This document shows, one piece after another, positions 9,415 through 19,087 of a stretch of DNA of 47,214 nt. The first letter of the stretch is position 1; every line of letters begins with the position of its first letter. Origin of the DNA: a bacterium (GTDB taxonomy: Bacteria; Zhuqueibacterota; Zhuqueibacteria; Zhuqueibacterales; Zhuqueibacteraceae); the NCBI GenBank assembly GCA_044869275.1, contig JBIOXB010000142.1, positions 1 through 47,214 of the forward strand, read 5' to 3'. A program made the translations under genes and the position numbers. The notes under the pieces were generated by a model. It did no database searches. It was not told where the DNA came from and saw nothing but the letters and a program-made list of their open reading frames with translations.

Positions 9415-10287
9415 ATGAAAAAAACTCTCTTCTTCTCTCTCTTTACGCTTTTCGTTCTTCTCATCACCATCGCGTTTCTGAAAAACCGCTCTTTTCAATA
9501 TCCCTCTGCAAGTGACACCGATGCCAAAACCCTGGCAGAAAAAGAGCGCATCACGCGCTTTTGGAAAGTCTACCGCGAAGCGACTGAGCATCGCATGGCC
9601 GGGAGAACAAGAGAAGCGGCAGAGGGCTATCGCAAGGCCTTGACGCTGAACGGTGAGCACGAAGATGCTCTGTACTATTTGGGCAACATGTGTATGGAGT
9701 TGGGCGAATACCAAGCCGCCGCAGAATCGTGGCAGCGTTTGGCGCAAGTCAATCCGCACAGCGCACGAGCGCACCTCCAGTTGGGCGATCTCCATCTCAA
9801 TTTCGAGCAAAAAGAGTTTTTCAATCTCAGTCGCGCGGAGGAAGAATTTCAACATGCGCTGCAGATCAATCAGGAAGAAACCGGCCCGACGCTGCGGTTG
9901 GGACACGTCGCGCTCATTCGCGGCGATCTGCCGAAGGCGCAAAATTATTTTAACGCTGTCATCGTCACCAATTTCAAAAGCGTTGAAGCCCATTTTCTTA
10001 ACGGCTACGTCGCCTGGAAAACCGGGAATGTATCGACGGCAGAAACAATGTTCAGTGAGGCGGTCAAATTTTCCCAAGCCGACAAGCCCGTGCAAGGCAT
10101 ATTGAGCGAAGGCGACACCAAAACCGGACGCGCCCACGTTGCCCCGCCATCATCAAAGCGCCAGACGCTGTTTCAGGATTGCTGCAGTGATTTAGCCGAT
10201 CTGAATGAATCAAGTATATCAGAACAGATGCGGGCAAGATACGAGAAGCTGTCGACCTTGCTGAAGCAAATGAGAAAAAGTCAATGA
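9415..10287 (+). CDS. TPR protein with N-terminal TM/signal segment
   Basis: TPR-like helices (A.EGYRKAL.LN, ALYYLG, AHLQLG, AHFLNG). Confidence 0.85.
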   Translation: MKKTLFFSLFTLFVLLITIAFLKNRSFQYPSASDTDAKTLAEKERITRFWKVYREATEHRMAGRTREAAEGYRKALTLNGEHEDALYYLGNMCMELGEYQAAAESWQRLAQVNPHSARAHLQLGDLHLNFEQKEFFNLSRAEEEFQHALQINQEETGPTLRLGHVALIRGDLPKAQNYFNAVIVTNFKSVEAHFLNGYVAWKTGNVSTAETMFSEAVKFSQADKPVQGILSEGDTKTGRAHVAPPSSKRQTLFQDCCSDLADLNESSISEQMRARYEKLSTLLKQMRKSQ

Positions 10288-13200
10288 CGAGCCTGCGAGT
10301 TCTTGTTTTCATAAATGTATTGGCTCTGCTTGCCAATGGCTGTGAAAGGCGAAAAGTCTTAGACAAGCAAACGCTGACGCAAATCATTGCCGCGCGCACC
10401 CTGGGTTTGGCGTATTTGGAGGAGAACCAGCTCCAAGACGCCGAGACCGAGTTCCGCAAAGTCATTGCGCTCGCGCCGAAGGAAGCATTGGGGTACGCCA
10501 ATCTCGGCCTAATTTACTTTCGAGAAAGCCAATACCCCGAGGCCGAGGGCTGGATTAAAAAAGCGTTGGCAATCTCACCGGACAATCCCGATATTCGCTT
10601 GTTGTTGGCCAATGTGTACGAGATGGCCAACCGCGAGAACGAGGCACAGCAGGAGCTGGAGCAGACGCTCAAAACCTCTCCCGATCATACCAGAACGCTC
10701 TACAATCTCACCGCGCTTTATCTCAGATCCAACCAGGAAAACACCACACGACGCGCCGAATCGCTTTTGAATAAACTGGTGCTGTTGGCACCGGCAAATA
10801 TCGTCGTTCGCCTTCAACTCATCGAAACCCTGTTGGGCAATGGCAAGACCGGCGAAGCAGTGAAGCATCTTGAGGAACTACGCCAGCAAATACCGGAATT
10901 GTCCGCCGATGCGGTCGAGTTTTATGATAAGGCTTTGACCGGCGCGCGGGCAAATCAAGCCGAAGCCGCGTTCATGCCGGTGCGAATTTTTCACAATCTG
11001 CTCAAATCGATTCCGCTTTATCAGGCCGGTATTCAGGAGCTGCGCGGTCCCAGCGGCCCGTTGATCGGTATTCCCATTTTCAACTTTAGCCAAAATATTT
11101 CGACGCAACTGCAAAAGCAAAGAGCAGTGCCGGCTGCCATGCGTTTCACGGAGGTGACTTCCGCCGTTGGCTTGCAGGTGATGAATAGCAGTGCGAGTGA
11201 ATCTGCGCCGGCCTCAGAGCCTGGCACGCATATCGCCGTGGCGGATTTCGACGGCGACGGTGATCAGGATCTTTACGTCGGCAATTGGGAACCGGACAAA
11301 AACCGAAGCCGACCTTTTCTCTTTAAGAATGATTCTGGAAAATTTATTGAAATGTCTGTTGCCGCGGGCATCACGCATGTCGCCAAAGCGACGGCGGCGA
11401 TTTTTTCGGACTACGACAATGACGGCCATCTCGATCTGTATATCATCAACGACGGCCCGAATATCTTGTATCGCAATCTTGGCAACAGCAAATTTGGTGA
11501 CGTGACTAAAATTGCCGGAGTCGGTGACGGCGACTTCGGCTATGCGGCGCGTTTCGTCGATTTGGATCACGAAGGCGATTTGGATTTGTTTCTCGCCAAC
11601 GCCAGCGCCAACCGGCTCTATCGCAACAACGGCGACGGAGCTTTCACGGAGTTGGCCGGGAAAATGAACCTCGCCGGCAAAAACCTCAAAAGCCGTGAGA
11701 TTGAATTTGGCGACTTTGACGATGACGGCGACCTCGATCTTTTCGTCGCCAATGAAAACGTCGGCAATATTCTCTACACCAATTTGCGGCAAGGCCAGTT
11801 TCAAAACGTCACTGCCGTAAGCGGCCTCGCCGGCAGCAGCGGGGCGGTTGCAGTCGCTGCTGGAGATTATGATAACAACGGCGGTTTGGATTTATTGGTC
11901 ACCGGCCGCGACCCTGGACGCTTCGACTTGTACCGCAATCAGGGCCAAGGCAAATTTGAAAAGGATGTGGGCTCTCAAGAAATGATGGAAGCTCTCCGCG
12001 CGGTGATCGGCCTGGACGCCGCGTTCTTTGACTTTGACAACGATGGTTTCCTCGATCTTTTGATCGCCGGCAAAGCCGCCGGCCGCGGCGTTTGGCTCTT
12101 TCACAATGACGGCGCGGGCAAATTTCAAGATGCTTCTGCGCTTTTGCCGGAGAATTCTGCTGCGGCCCGAAGAATCGCGCCCGCGGACTACGATAACGAC
12201 GGCGACGTGGATATTTTCGTTGCCGGTTTGAATGGTGGCGTGCGCCTTTGGCGTAATGACGGCGGCAACGCCAATCATTATCTCAACGTGCAATTGGTCG
12301 GCCTCCGCACCGGTAGCAGCAAAAATAGTTACTTTGGCGTCGGCGCAAAGGTGGAAGTCGCGGCCGGCAGTCTTTATCAAATGCGCGTGGTCGCAGAGCC
12401 GGTATCGCATTTTGGCCTCGGCCAATTTTCAAAGGCCGAGGTGGTGCGCGTGCAGTGGCCTAATGGTGTTCCTCAAAGTTCTTTCCACCTCGCCAGCGAT
12501 CAAGATATTGTCGAAAAGCAGACACTGAAAGGCTCCTGCCCCTTTCTTTACACCTGGGACGGCGAAAAGTATGTTTTTGCCACAGACATTTTTTGGCGCA
12601 GCGCCATCGGCATGCCGCTGGGCATCATGGCCGGCGCGACGACCTATGCGTTTTCGAGCTCCACGCAAGAGTATCTGAAAATTCCCGGCAATTTGTTGAA
12701 AGCAAAAGAAGGCGTGTATACGCTTCAAATTACCGAAGAGCTCTGGGAAACGCCTTACCTGGATGAAGTCAAGCTCATCGCAATAGATCACCCTGACACG
12801 GTGGACATTTATATTGATGAAAAATTTGCCGGGCCGCCGTATCCGCCGCTGCAGATCCACACCGTCGCCGCAAAGCATTTGCCCGTCTCTGCCGCCGACG
12901 AGCGCGGCAACGATCTTCTTTCATTCATCAGCCGTCATGACAGCCTCCACGTCTCGAATCTTCGACCGACCAGATACCAAGGCATCACGGAGATGCACGA
13001 TCTCATTCTTGATTTGGGCGATCCCGCACGCGCTGATAAAATTGTTCTGTTTTTGAACGGCTGGCTCTTTCCGACCGATGCCAGCATCAATGTGGCGATC
13101 TCGCAATCCGGCCAAACCAAAGTGATCTCGCCATTTTTGCAGGTGATGAATCGCCGCGGCCAATGGCAGACGGTTATTGAAAACTTGGGGTTCCCGATGG

Positions 13201-13955
13201 GCAAGAACAAAATGGTTATCGTCGATCTCACTGACAAATTTTTGATCCGTGACTATCGGGTGCGAATCCGCACCAACATGCAAATCTATTGGGGCCATAT
13301 TTTCTTCGCGATCGACCCGGCGCCAGCCCCTGTCCGCAAAACCGTTCTCCAGCCGATTTCTACGAATCTTCATTATCGCGGCTTCTCAAAAGTGTATCGC
13401 AAAGGCGGGCCTCATGGCCCCCATTGGTTTGATTACCAGGAGGTAGCAACGGAGCCGAAGTGGCGAGATCTGGAAGGATTTTATACCCGTTACGGCGACG
13501 TGCTTCCTTTGCTATTGGAAGCGGACGACAAGTACGTGATCTTCAACTCGGGTGACGAGGTGACCGTGGGGTTTGATGCCTCTGCGACTCTGCCGCCGGA
13601 GCCTGGATGGGTTCGTGACTTTCTCATCTATTGCGACGGCTGGCTCAAAGACGGTGATCTCAATACCGCACATGGCAAAACCGTGGAGCCGCTGCCGTTT
13701 CATGGCATGTCGCGCTATCCTTATGGAGAGGACGAGTCTTATCCCGAGGATGAAGCGCATCAGGAATATCTCAGAACATACAATACGAGGAAGGTGTCGC
13801 AGGAGAAATTCAAGACGTGGATGTTGGACTCGTCAAGGGCGTTAAATTCACTCGTTCATTCATTCAAGAACCCAGGATATGAAAAAGTCAAAAAATCGAA
13901 AAAAATACTTGACAATGTAAAAAATTTCGATAGCTTTAATCGCAACTTAAAATAA
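10284..13955 (+). CDS. Lipoprotein: TPR + FG-GAP repeats + ASPIC/UnbV + uncharacterised C-terminal domain
   Basis: Lipobox LANG-C; TPRs; many DxDxDGxxD repeats; HFGLG..V.WPNG; KGSCP followed by about 450-aa domain; ATGA overlap with upstream stop. Confidence 0.9.
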   Translation: MTSLRVLVFINVLALLANGCERRKVLDKQTLTQIIAARTLGLAYLEENQLQDAETEFRKVIALAPKEALGYANLGLIYFRESQYPEAEGWIKKALAISPDNPDIRLLLANVYEMANRENEAQQELEQTLKTSPDHTRTLYNLTALYLRSNQENTTRRAESLLNKLVLLAPANIVVRLQLIETLLGNGKTGEAVKHLEELRQQIPELSADAVEFYDKALTGARANQAEAAFMPVRIFHNLLKSIPLYQAGIQELRGPSGPLIGIPIFNFSQNISTQLQKQRAVPAAMRFTEVTSAVGLQVMNSSASESAPASEPGTHIAVADFDGDGDQDLYVGNWEPDKNRSRPFLFKNDSGKFIEMSVAAGITHVAKATAAIFSDYDNDGHLDLYIINDGPNILYRNLGNSKFGDVTKIAGVGDGDFGYAARFVDLDHEGDLDLFLANASANRLYRNNGDGAFTELAGKMNLAGKNLKSREIEFGDFDDDGDLDLFVANENVGNILYTNLRQGQFQNVTAVSGLAGSSGAVAVAAGDYDNNGGLDLLVTGRDPGRFDLYRNQGQGKFEKDVGSQEMMEALRAVIGLDAAFFDFDNDGFLDLLIAGKAAGRGVWLFHNDGAGKFQDASALLPENSAAARRIAPADYDNDGDVDIFVAGLNGGVRLWRNDGGNANHYLNVQLVGLRTGSSKNSYFGVGAKVEVAAGSLYQMRVVAEPVSHFGLGQFSKAEVVRVQWPNGVPQSSFHLASDQDIVEKQTLKGSCPFLYTWDGEKYVFATDIFWRSAIGMPLGIMAGATTYAFSSSTQEYLKIPGNLLKAKEGVYTLQITEELWETPYLDEVKLIAIDHPDTVDIYIDEKFAGPPYPPLQIHTVAAKHLPVSAADERGNDLLSFISRHDSLHVSNLRPTRYQGITEMHDLILDLGDPARADKIVLFLNGWLFPTDASINVAISQSGQTKVISPFLQVMNRRGQWQTVIENLGFPMGKNKMVIVDLTDKFLIRDYRVRIRTNMQIYWGHIFFAIDPAPAPVRKTVLQPISTNLHYRGFSKVYRKGGPHGPHWFDYQEVATEPKWRDLEGFYTRYGDVLPLLLEADDKYVIFNSGDEVTVGFDASATLPPEPGWVRDFLIYCDGWLKDGDLNTAHGKTVEPLPFHGMSRYPYGEDESYPEDEAHQEYLRTYNTRKVSQEKFKTWMLDSSRALNSLVHSFKNPGYEKVKKSKKILDNVKNFDSFNRNLK

Positions 13956-13972
13956 GTAAACGAAAGATTTCG
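13909..13972 (+). promoter_or_regulatory. Promoter and candidate operator for the DeoR/AgaR operon
   Basis: Perfect -35 TTGACA (13909-13914), 16 bp, TAGCTT; palindrome CGAAA-GA-TTTCG at 13961-13972 just before ATG 13981. Confidence 0.6.
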
Positions 13973-13980
13973 TAAGTAAG

Positions 13981-14745
13981 ATGGCGAGTTCGGTTGAGCG
14001 TCAAGCCTTGATTCTAAAGAATCTTCATTCCAATGGCAAAGTCGTGGTCACTGAACTGAGTGATCTCTTGCAGGTCTCGGAAGTCACTGTTCGCAATGAT
14101 CTCGAGCAATTAAGCCAAAAGGGGATGCTCGTGCGCACGCACGGGGGCGCGGTCAAATCGGATCTGCTCGTTCATGATATTCCGCTCTATGAAAAAGCCA
14201 AAAAGCATCAGAATGAAAAGGAGCGCATCGCTGAGGTAGCCGCGGCCATGGTCGACGACGGAGAAGTGATTACTATCGACTCCGGTTCGACCACGTGGGA
14301 GCTGGCGAAACGCCTCAAGTCCAAGCGCAATCTGACGATCATCACCAATTCCCTGCCCATTGCGGGAGAGTTGAGCACGGTTCCGGGCCTGGAGGTTATC
14401 GTCAGCGGCGGCTCAGTGCGACGCGCGTCGCTTTCAATTGTGGGGCCGCACACCGAAGAATTGTTGCGCGAACATTTTGCCAGCAAGCTTTTTCTGGGAG
14501 TGGATGCTTTTGATGTGCATTCCGGATTGACCACGCCCAATTTGCATGAAGCGCGTGTCAACCGGGTGATGATCGACATGGCGCGTGAGGTCATTGTCGT
14601 GGCGGATGCCTCGAAGTTCGGCCGGCGCAGCATGTGTCTGATTTGCGAAACCAAACGCATTCATAAAGTCGTAACTGATAGGAGCATTCCGAAAACGGAT
14701 TTGGAGCATCTGCAAGCAGTTGGTGTGGAAGTCATCATGGCGTGA
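13981..14745 (+). CDS. agaR: DeoR/GlpR family transcriptional regulator, AgaR-like
   Basis: HTH VSEVTVRNDL..L, RTHGGA, IDSGSTT, ITNS, VADASKFG; context of SIS and kbaZ genes. Confidence 0.85.
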   Translation: MASSVERQALILKNLHSNGKVVVTELSDLLQVSEVTVRNDLEQLSQKGMLVRTHGGAVKSDLLVHDIPLYEKAKKHQNEKERIAEVAAAMVDDGEVITIDSGSTTWELAKRLKSKRNLTIITNSLPIAGELSTVPGLEVIVSGGSVRRASLSIVGPHTEELLREHFASKLFLGVDAFDVHSGLTTPNLHEARVNRVMIDMAREVIVVADASKFGRRSMCLICETKRIHKVVTDRSIPKTDLEHLQAVGVEVIMA

Positions 14746-14775
14746 GTCGAAATTCGGTTTTTCGATGGGAGCGTT

Positions 14776-15819
14776 ATGTCTTCCGATACCTTACGTGAGA
14801 TTCTGAGCCAGCCCGAAACTTGGCAGAAGACCTTCCTGCGCGCAGAGCAGGAACGTTGGCAGCTACCTCCGGAGGAGCACAAAAGAAGCTCGCTGCTCTT
14901 CGTGGGCTGTGGAACTTCATTCTACCTCGCGCAAAGCGCCGCCACGGCCGTTCAACGCCTGTCGGGCTGTCCTAGCCGAGCCATTCCCGCTTCAGAAGTT
15001 TTCCTTTCTTCCCTGACTGCCATCACCCCCTCTGAAAAACCACTGGCTGTGGCCATCTCTCGTTCCGGTACCACCACAGAAACCTTGTGGGCAGTTGCAC
15101 TCCTGCGTCAGAAACTGGGCATACCGGTAGTTGGTCTCACCTGTAATGGCGAAAGCCCTCTGGCCCGTGAAAGTAATTGGTCCATGATTTTGCCAGAGGC
15201 ACGGGAAAAGAGCGTGGTCATGACACGATCTTTCACTGCACAACTGCTTGCGCTCTTGTTGGCGTCGGCGCGGTCGGCTTCCAAACAGGGCTGGTTGGAA
15301 CAGATGACGTCGCTTTCCAGCCGCGGCGAAAAAGTGCTTGCGGAGCAAACGGCTGCCATGCAGACTCTGGGCAATAATTCCACGTTTGATCATTTTGTCT
15401 TTTTGGGCCAGGGCATCTTCTATGGGGCCGCCAACGAAGCCATGCTCAAAATGAAGGAAATGTCATTGAGTTATTCCGAAGCCTATCACACGCTGGAATA
15501 CCGCCATGGCCCCATGAGCCTCGCAGGAAAAAACAGTCTCATAACCCTCTTCATCAGCGATGCGGGCCGCGAGCATGAGACGCGGGTGCTGGTGGACATG
15601 AAAAAACTCGGCGCGCACACCGTGGTTTTTTGTGCTCACGCCGATGGTACCATGGCTGCGCACGCCGATCACTTGATTGAATTGGGCGACGAAATACCGG
15701 AAGAGGGGCGGCTTCTGTTGGCGATCTCCCTGCTGCAATTGCTCGGTTATCATCGTGCGCTTGCCAAGAATTTAAATCCCGATGCGCCGCGAAACTTGTC
15801 GCAGGTGGTGACACTTTGA
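14776..15819 (+). CDS. Stand-alone double-SIS hexosamine-6-phosphate deaminase/isomerase (AgaS/GlmD-like)
   Basis: EILSQP, GCGTS, AISRSGTTTET, LKMKE, EYRHGP, PRNL C-terminus; no glutaminase domain. Confidence 0.85.
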   Translation: MSSDTLREILSQPETWQKTFLRAEQERWQLPPEEHKRSSLLFVGCGTSFYLAQSAATAVQRLSGCPSRAIPASEVFLSSLTAITPSEKPLAVAISRSGTTTETLWAVALLRQKLGIPVVGLTCNGESPLARESNWSMILPEAREKSVVMTRSFTAQLLALLLASARSASKQGWLEQMTSLSSRGEKVLAEQTAAMQTLGNNSTFDHFVFLGQGIFYGAANEAMLKMKEMSLSYSEAYHTLEYRHGPMSLAGKNSLITLFISDAGREHETRVLVDMKKLGAHTVVFCAHADGTMAAHADHLIELGDEIPEEGRLLLAISLLQLLGYHRALAKNLNPDAPRNLSQVVTL

Positions 15820-16766
15820 AGCAACTGGACGTCGTCGTCGTGGGCGAGCTCAATGTCGATTTGATCTTGGATCAAATTCAGGGATTGCCGGAGCTTGGCA
15901 AGGAGAAAATTGCGGGCGCTATGACGTTGACCCTGGGCAGCTCCTCAGCGATTTTTGCCAGCAATCTTTCCGCTTTGGGCGCACGCGCCGGGTTCATCGG
16001 CAAGCTCGGTGAAGATGCCTTCGGTGATTTGGTCATTTCCAGCTTGCAGCGCCGCGGCGTGGCAGTTGAACGGATCATCGTGCAGCAAAAAATCGGCACG
16101 GGCGCGACCGTAGTCATCAATGACGCGCGGGATCGCGCCATGCTAACTTACAAAGGCGCGATGGACAATTTGCGGCTGGAGGACATCGACTGGGAGTATG
16201 CGCAAACGGCGCGGCATCTGCATCTCTCTTCTTACTTTTTGCAAAGCGGGCTCAAGCCGGATTGCGCCAGACTTTTTAAGCATGCGAAAGCACTGGGGTT
16301 ATCAACTTCTCTCGATACGAATTGGGATCCTGACGAACAGTGGGATCGCGCCTTGTTCGAGGTTTTGCCGCACGTGGACGTCTTTCTGCCCAATGAAGAG
16401 GAAGCACTGCGCATCGCGCGTGACGACACGATTGAAGCGGCCTTGGAAACCTTGGCGCAGCATGCCAACACGGTCGTCATCAAGCGCGGCAAAAACGGGG
16501 CCGTTGCCAAGCAACGCGGTACCACCATAAAAGCCAAAGGATTTGAGGTAAAACCAGTGGATGCCGTGGGTGCAGGAGACAGCTTTGACGCGGGGTTCGT
16601 TTTTAAATGGCTGCGCGGCGGGGATTTGCGCCAATGCTTGGAATTTGGCAACATGTGCGGCGCATTATCGGTTACCCAAGCCGGCGGTACAGCAGCCTTC
16701 TCGAATCCAGATCAGATTCTTCGGTATTTCAAGGACTATTTCGGTTACCGCGAGGACTCGTTGTGA
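15816..16766 (+). CDS. PfkB/ribokinase family sugar kinase
   Basis: VVGELNVD, PNEEEA, DAVGAGDSF signature; TTGA overlap with upstream stop. Confidence 0.92.
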   Translation: MKQLDVVVVGELNVDLILDQIQGLPELGKEKIAGAMTLTLGSSSAIFASNLSALGARAGFIGKLGEDAFGDLVISSLQRRGVAVERIIVQQKIGTGATVVINDARDRAMLTYKGAMDNLRLEDIDWEYAQTARHLHLSSYFLQSGLKPDCARLFKHAKALGLSTSLDTNWDPDEQWDRALFEVLPHVDVFLPNEEEALRIARDDTIEAALETLAQHANTVVIKRGKNGAVAKQRGTTIKAKGFEVKPVDAVGAGDSFDAGFVFKWLRGGDLRQCLEFGNMCGALSVTQAGGTAAFSNPDQILRYFKDYFGYREDSL

Positions 16767-16813
16767 TGGTTTAAATTCACCGGATGAGTTGGTCCATCAA
16801 AACTGATCCTTGT

Positions 16814-18145
16814 ATGCACAATCCGCTCTTGCAGCTTGTGAACGCGCACAAGCAGAGGGGGATCGGCCTGTGTTCGATTTGTTCAGCCCATCATTTTGTG
16901 CTGGAAGCGGCCATGTTGCAGGCTCGGGCCGACCGCGCGCCGGTGCTGATCGAGGCCACTTCGAACCAAGTGAACCAATTCGGCGGATATACGGGCATGA
17001 CGCCGAAAGCTTTTGTAGCATACGCGCAAGAAATCGCGGCAAAAGTGAAGCTCCCCTTCCAGCAAGTGATATTGGGAGGAGATCACTTGGGACCCCAGGC
17101 GTGGCGAGAAGAGAGCGCGAAGATCGCCATGACCCATGCCCGCGAGCAGGTTCGGGCTTACGTTGCCGCGGGCTTCAAAAAAATTCATCTTGATACCAGC
17201 ATGCGTTGCGCCGATGATCCTTGCGATGAACAAGGCGGACTGCCCATGGAACTGGCCGTTGAAAGAGCCGCTCAGCTCTGCAAGGTTTGTGAAGCTGCAC
17301 ACGCTGATCGCCCTTCCGATTCCCCTCCACCGGTTTACGTCATCGGCACCGAAGTTCCGCCTCCGGGCGGCGCCAAGGAAAAACTCGAGCGCATTCTTCC
17401 CACCCGCGCGCAGGACGCCAGACAAACGATCGTAGCCACACAACAGGCTTTTTTTACTTTGAACTTGCACGAGGCATGGCAAAGGGTCATCGCCGTGGTG
17501 GTTCAACCCGGCGTCGAGTTCGGCGACGATACCGTCATTCCTTATCGCCGCCGCGAAGCCGCCGGCCTGGCGAAATTCCTCGAGCACTACGATCATTTGG
17601 TTTATGAGGCCCATTCCACCGACTATCAAAGGCCGGAGGCCTTGCGCGAATTGGTGGAAGATCATTTCGCCATTCTCAAAGTCGGACCGTGGCTGACGTT
17701 TGCCTTGCGCGAAGCCGCCTTCGCGCTGGCGCGCATGGAAGAAGAGTGGCTTGCGCCTAAAAAGGCGGTCAAGCTTTCACGGCTGCACGAGGTTTTAGAG
17801 CAAGTCATGTGCGCCAAGCCGCAGCACTGGCACAAGCACTATCATGGCGACGAGGTTGAACTCGCCTTCGCGCGTAAATACAGCTACAGCGATCGTATTC
17901 GATATTATTGGAACGAGCCGGAGGTCGTGACCTCCCTGCAGATACTGGTGGCGAATTTTTCCGCGAACCCTGCGCCGCCTGGGTTGTTGAGCCAGTATCT
18001 GCCGGTGCAATATGCCGCGGTGCAAGAGGGCCGTATCATGAACAAGCCGGAAGACTTGATTCATCACAAGATTCAAGAGGTATTGAAGATTTACCATGAA
18101 GCCACAAGAAACCGCGAGTGGGCGACGAACGGGAGAGAAATGTGA
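16814..18145 (+). CDS. kbaZ: KbaZ/GatZ-family protein (probable tagatose-6-phosphate 4-epimerase)
   Basis: SICSAH, IEATSNQVNQFGGYTGMTP, LGGDHLGP, VVVQPGVEF, YEAHSTDYQ, LKVGPWLTFALRE, YSYSDRIRYYW. Confidence 0.93.
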   Translation: MHNPLLQLVNAHKQRGIGLCSICSAHHFVLEAAMLQARADRAPVLIEATSNQVNQFGGYTGMTPKAFVAYAQEIAAKVKLPFQQVILGGDHLGPQAWREESAKIAMTHAREQVRAYVAAGFKKIHLDTSMRCADDPCDEQGGLPMELAVERAAQLCKVCEAAHADRPSDSPPPVYVIGTEVPPPGGAKEKLERILPTRAQDARQTIVATQQAFFTLNLHEAWQRVIAVVVQPGVEFGDDTVIPYRRREAAGLAKFLEHYDHLVYEAHSTDYQRPEALRELVEDHFAILKVGPWLTFALREAAFALARMEEEWLAPKKAVKLSRLHEVLEQVMCAKPQHWHKHYHGDEVELAFARKYSYSDRIRYYWNEPEVVTSLQILVANFSANPAPPGLLSQYLPVQYAAVQEGRIMNKPEDLIHHKIQEVLKIYHEATRNREWATNGREM

Positions 18146-19050
18146 AACCCAAATTGTGGTTGATCTATGCCCTGGTAACGACCTCATTTTGGGGCCTGTG
18201 GGGTGCGCTGATCGAGCTGCCGGAGAAGGCGGGTTTCCCGGCAACACTGGGTTACTGCGTGTGGGCTTTAACCATGATTCCGCCGGCACTGGTGGCTTTG
18301 CGACACATTAATTGGAAGCTGGATTTTGATGCCCGCTCCCTCTGGTTGGGCGCGCTCATCGGTTTCACGGGTGCGGGCGGACAATTGATTCTGTTTCAAG
18401 CGCTGCGCATGGGACCGGCTTATCTCGTGTTTCCGATCATCTCTTTGTCTCCGGTTTTGACGATTCTCATGGCTTACTTCTTATTGAAAGAGCGCGCCAC
18501 CAAGCCGGGCTGGGCGGGTATTGCTTTGGCGTTGTTCGCGATTCCTTTGCTGTCCTATCAAGACCCGAGTAACACCGGCAACGATGGCATTTTTTGGGTC
18601 GCCCTGGCTTTGCTGGTGTTCGCGGCCTGGGGCGTGCAAGCCTATTTCATGAGGCTGGCGAACACCACGATGAAGGCCGAGAGCATTTTTTTCTATATGA
18701 TGCTGACGGGCATTCTGTTGATTCCTTTAGCCGTCTTGATGACCGACTTTTCCCAGCCGGTGAACTGGGGCCTGAACGGCCCATATCTGGCGGCTTTGAT
18801 TCAAGTCTTGAATTCCGTCGGCGCTTTGACCCTGGTCTATGCCTTTCGCTACGGCAAGGCGATCATCGTCAGCCCGATGACCAACGCCATCGCGCCGGTG
18901 ATCACGGTCATCCTTTCGCTGCTTATTCATCGTGTCATGCCACATGGCATTATCATCACCGGCATGGTGCTGGCAGTGATCGCGACTTTTTTGATGTCTA
19001 TCGAAGGCGAGCCGGAGAAGGCGCCGGAAATGCTGGCGCAAAAGGCTTAG
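18142..19050 (+). CDS. DMT/EamA superfamily transporter
   Basis: About 10 TM helices in two EamA-like halves; GTG start overlaps kbaZ stop, GGAG RBS. Confidence 0.88.
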   Translation: MKPKLWLIYALVTTSFWGLWGALIELPEKAGFPATLGYCVWALTMIPPALVALRHINWKLDFDARSLWLGALIGFTGAGGQLILFQALRMGPAYLVFPIISLSPVLTILMAYFLLKERATKPGWAGIALALFAIPLLSYQDPSNTGNDGIFWVALALLVFAAWGVQAYFMRLANTTMKAESIFFYMMLTGILLIPLAVLMTDFSQPVNWGLNGPYLAALIQVLNSVGALTLVYAFRYGKAIIVSPMTNAIAPVITVILSLLIHRVMPHGIIITGMVLAVIATFLMSIEGEPEKAPEMLAQKA

Positions 19051-19087
19051 CCAGACAAGCCGGAAACCCATCCCGACTTATTCGGGA

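Noticed and set aside
7513..13955. Enediyne biosynthetic cluster suggested by UnbV domains
   Set aside because: No polyketide synthase or other enediyne core genes; ASPIC/UnbV domains are widespread
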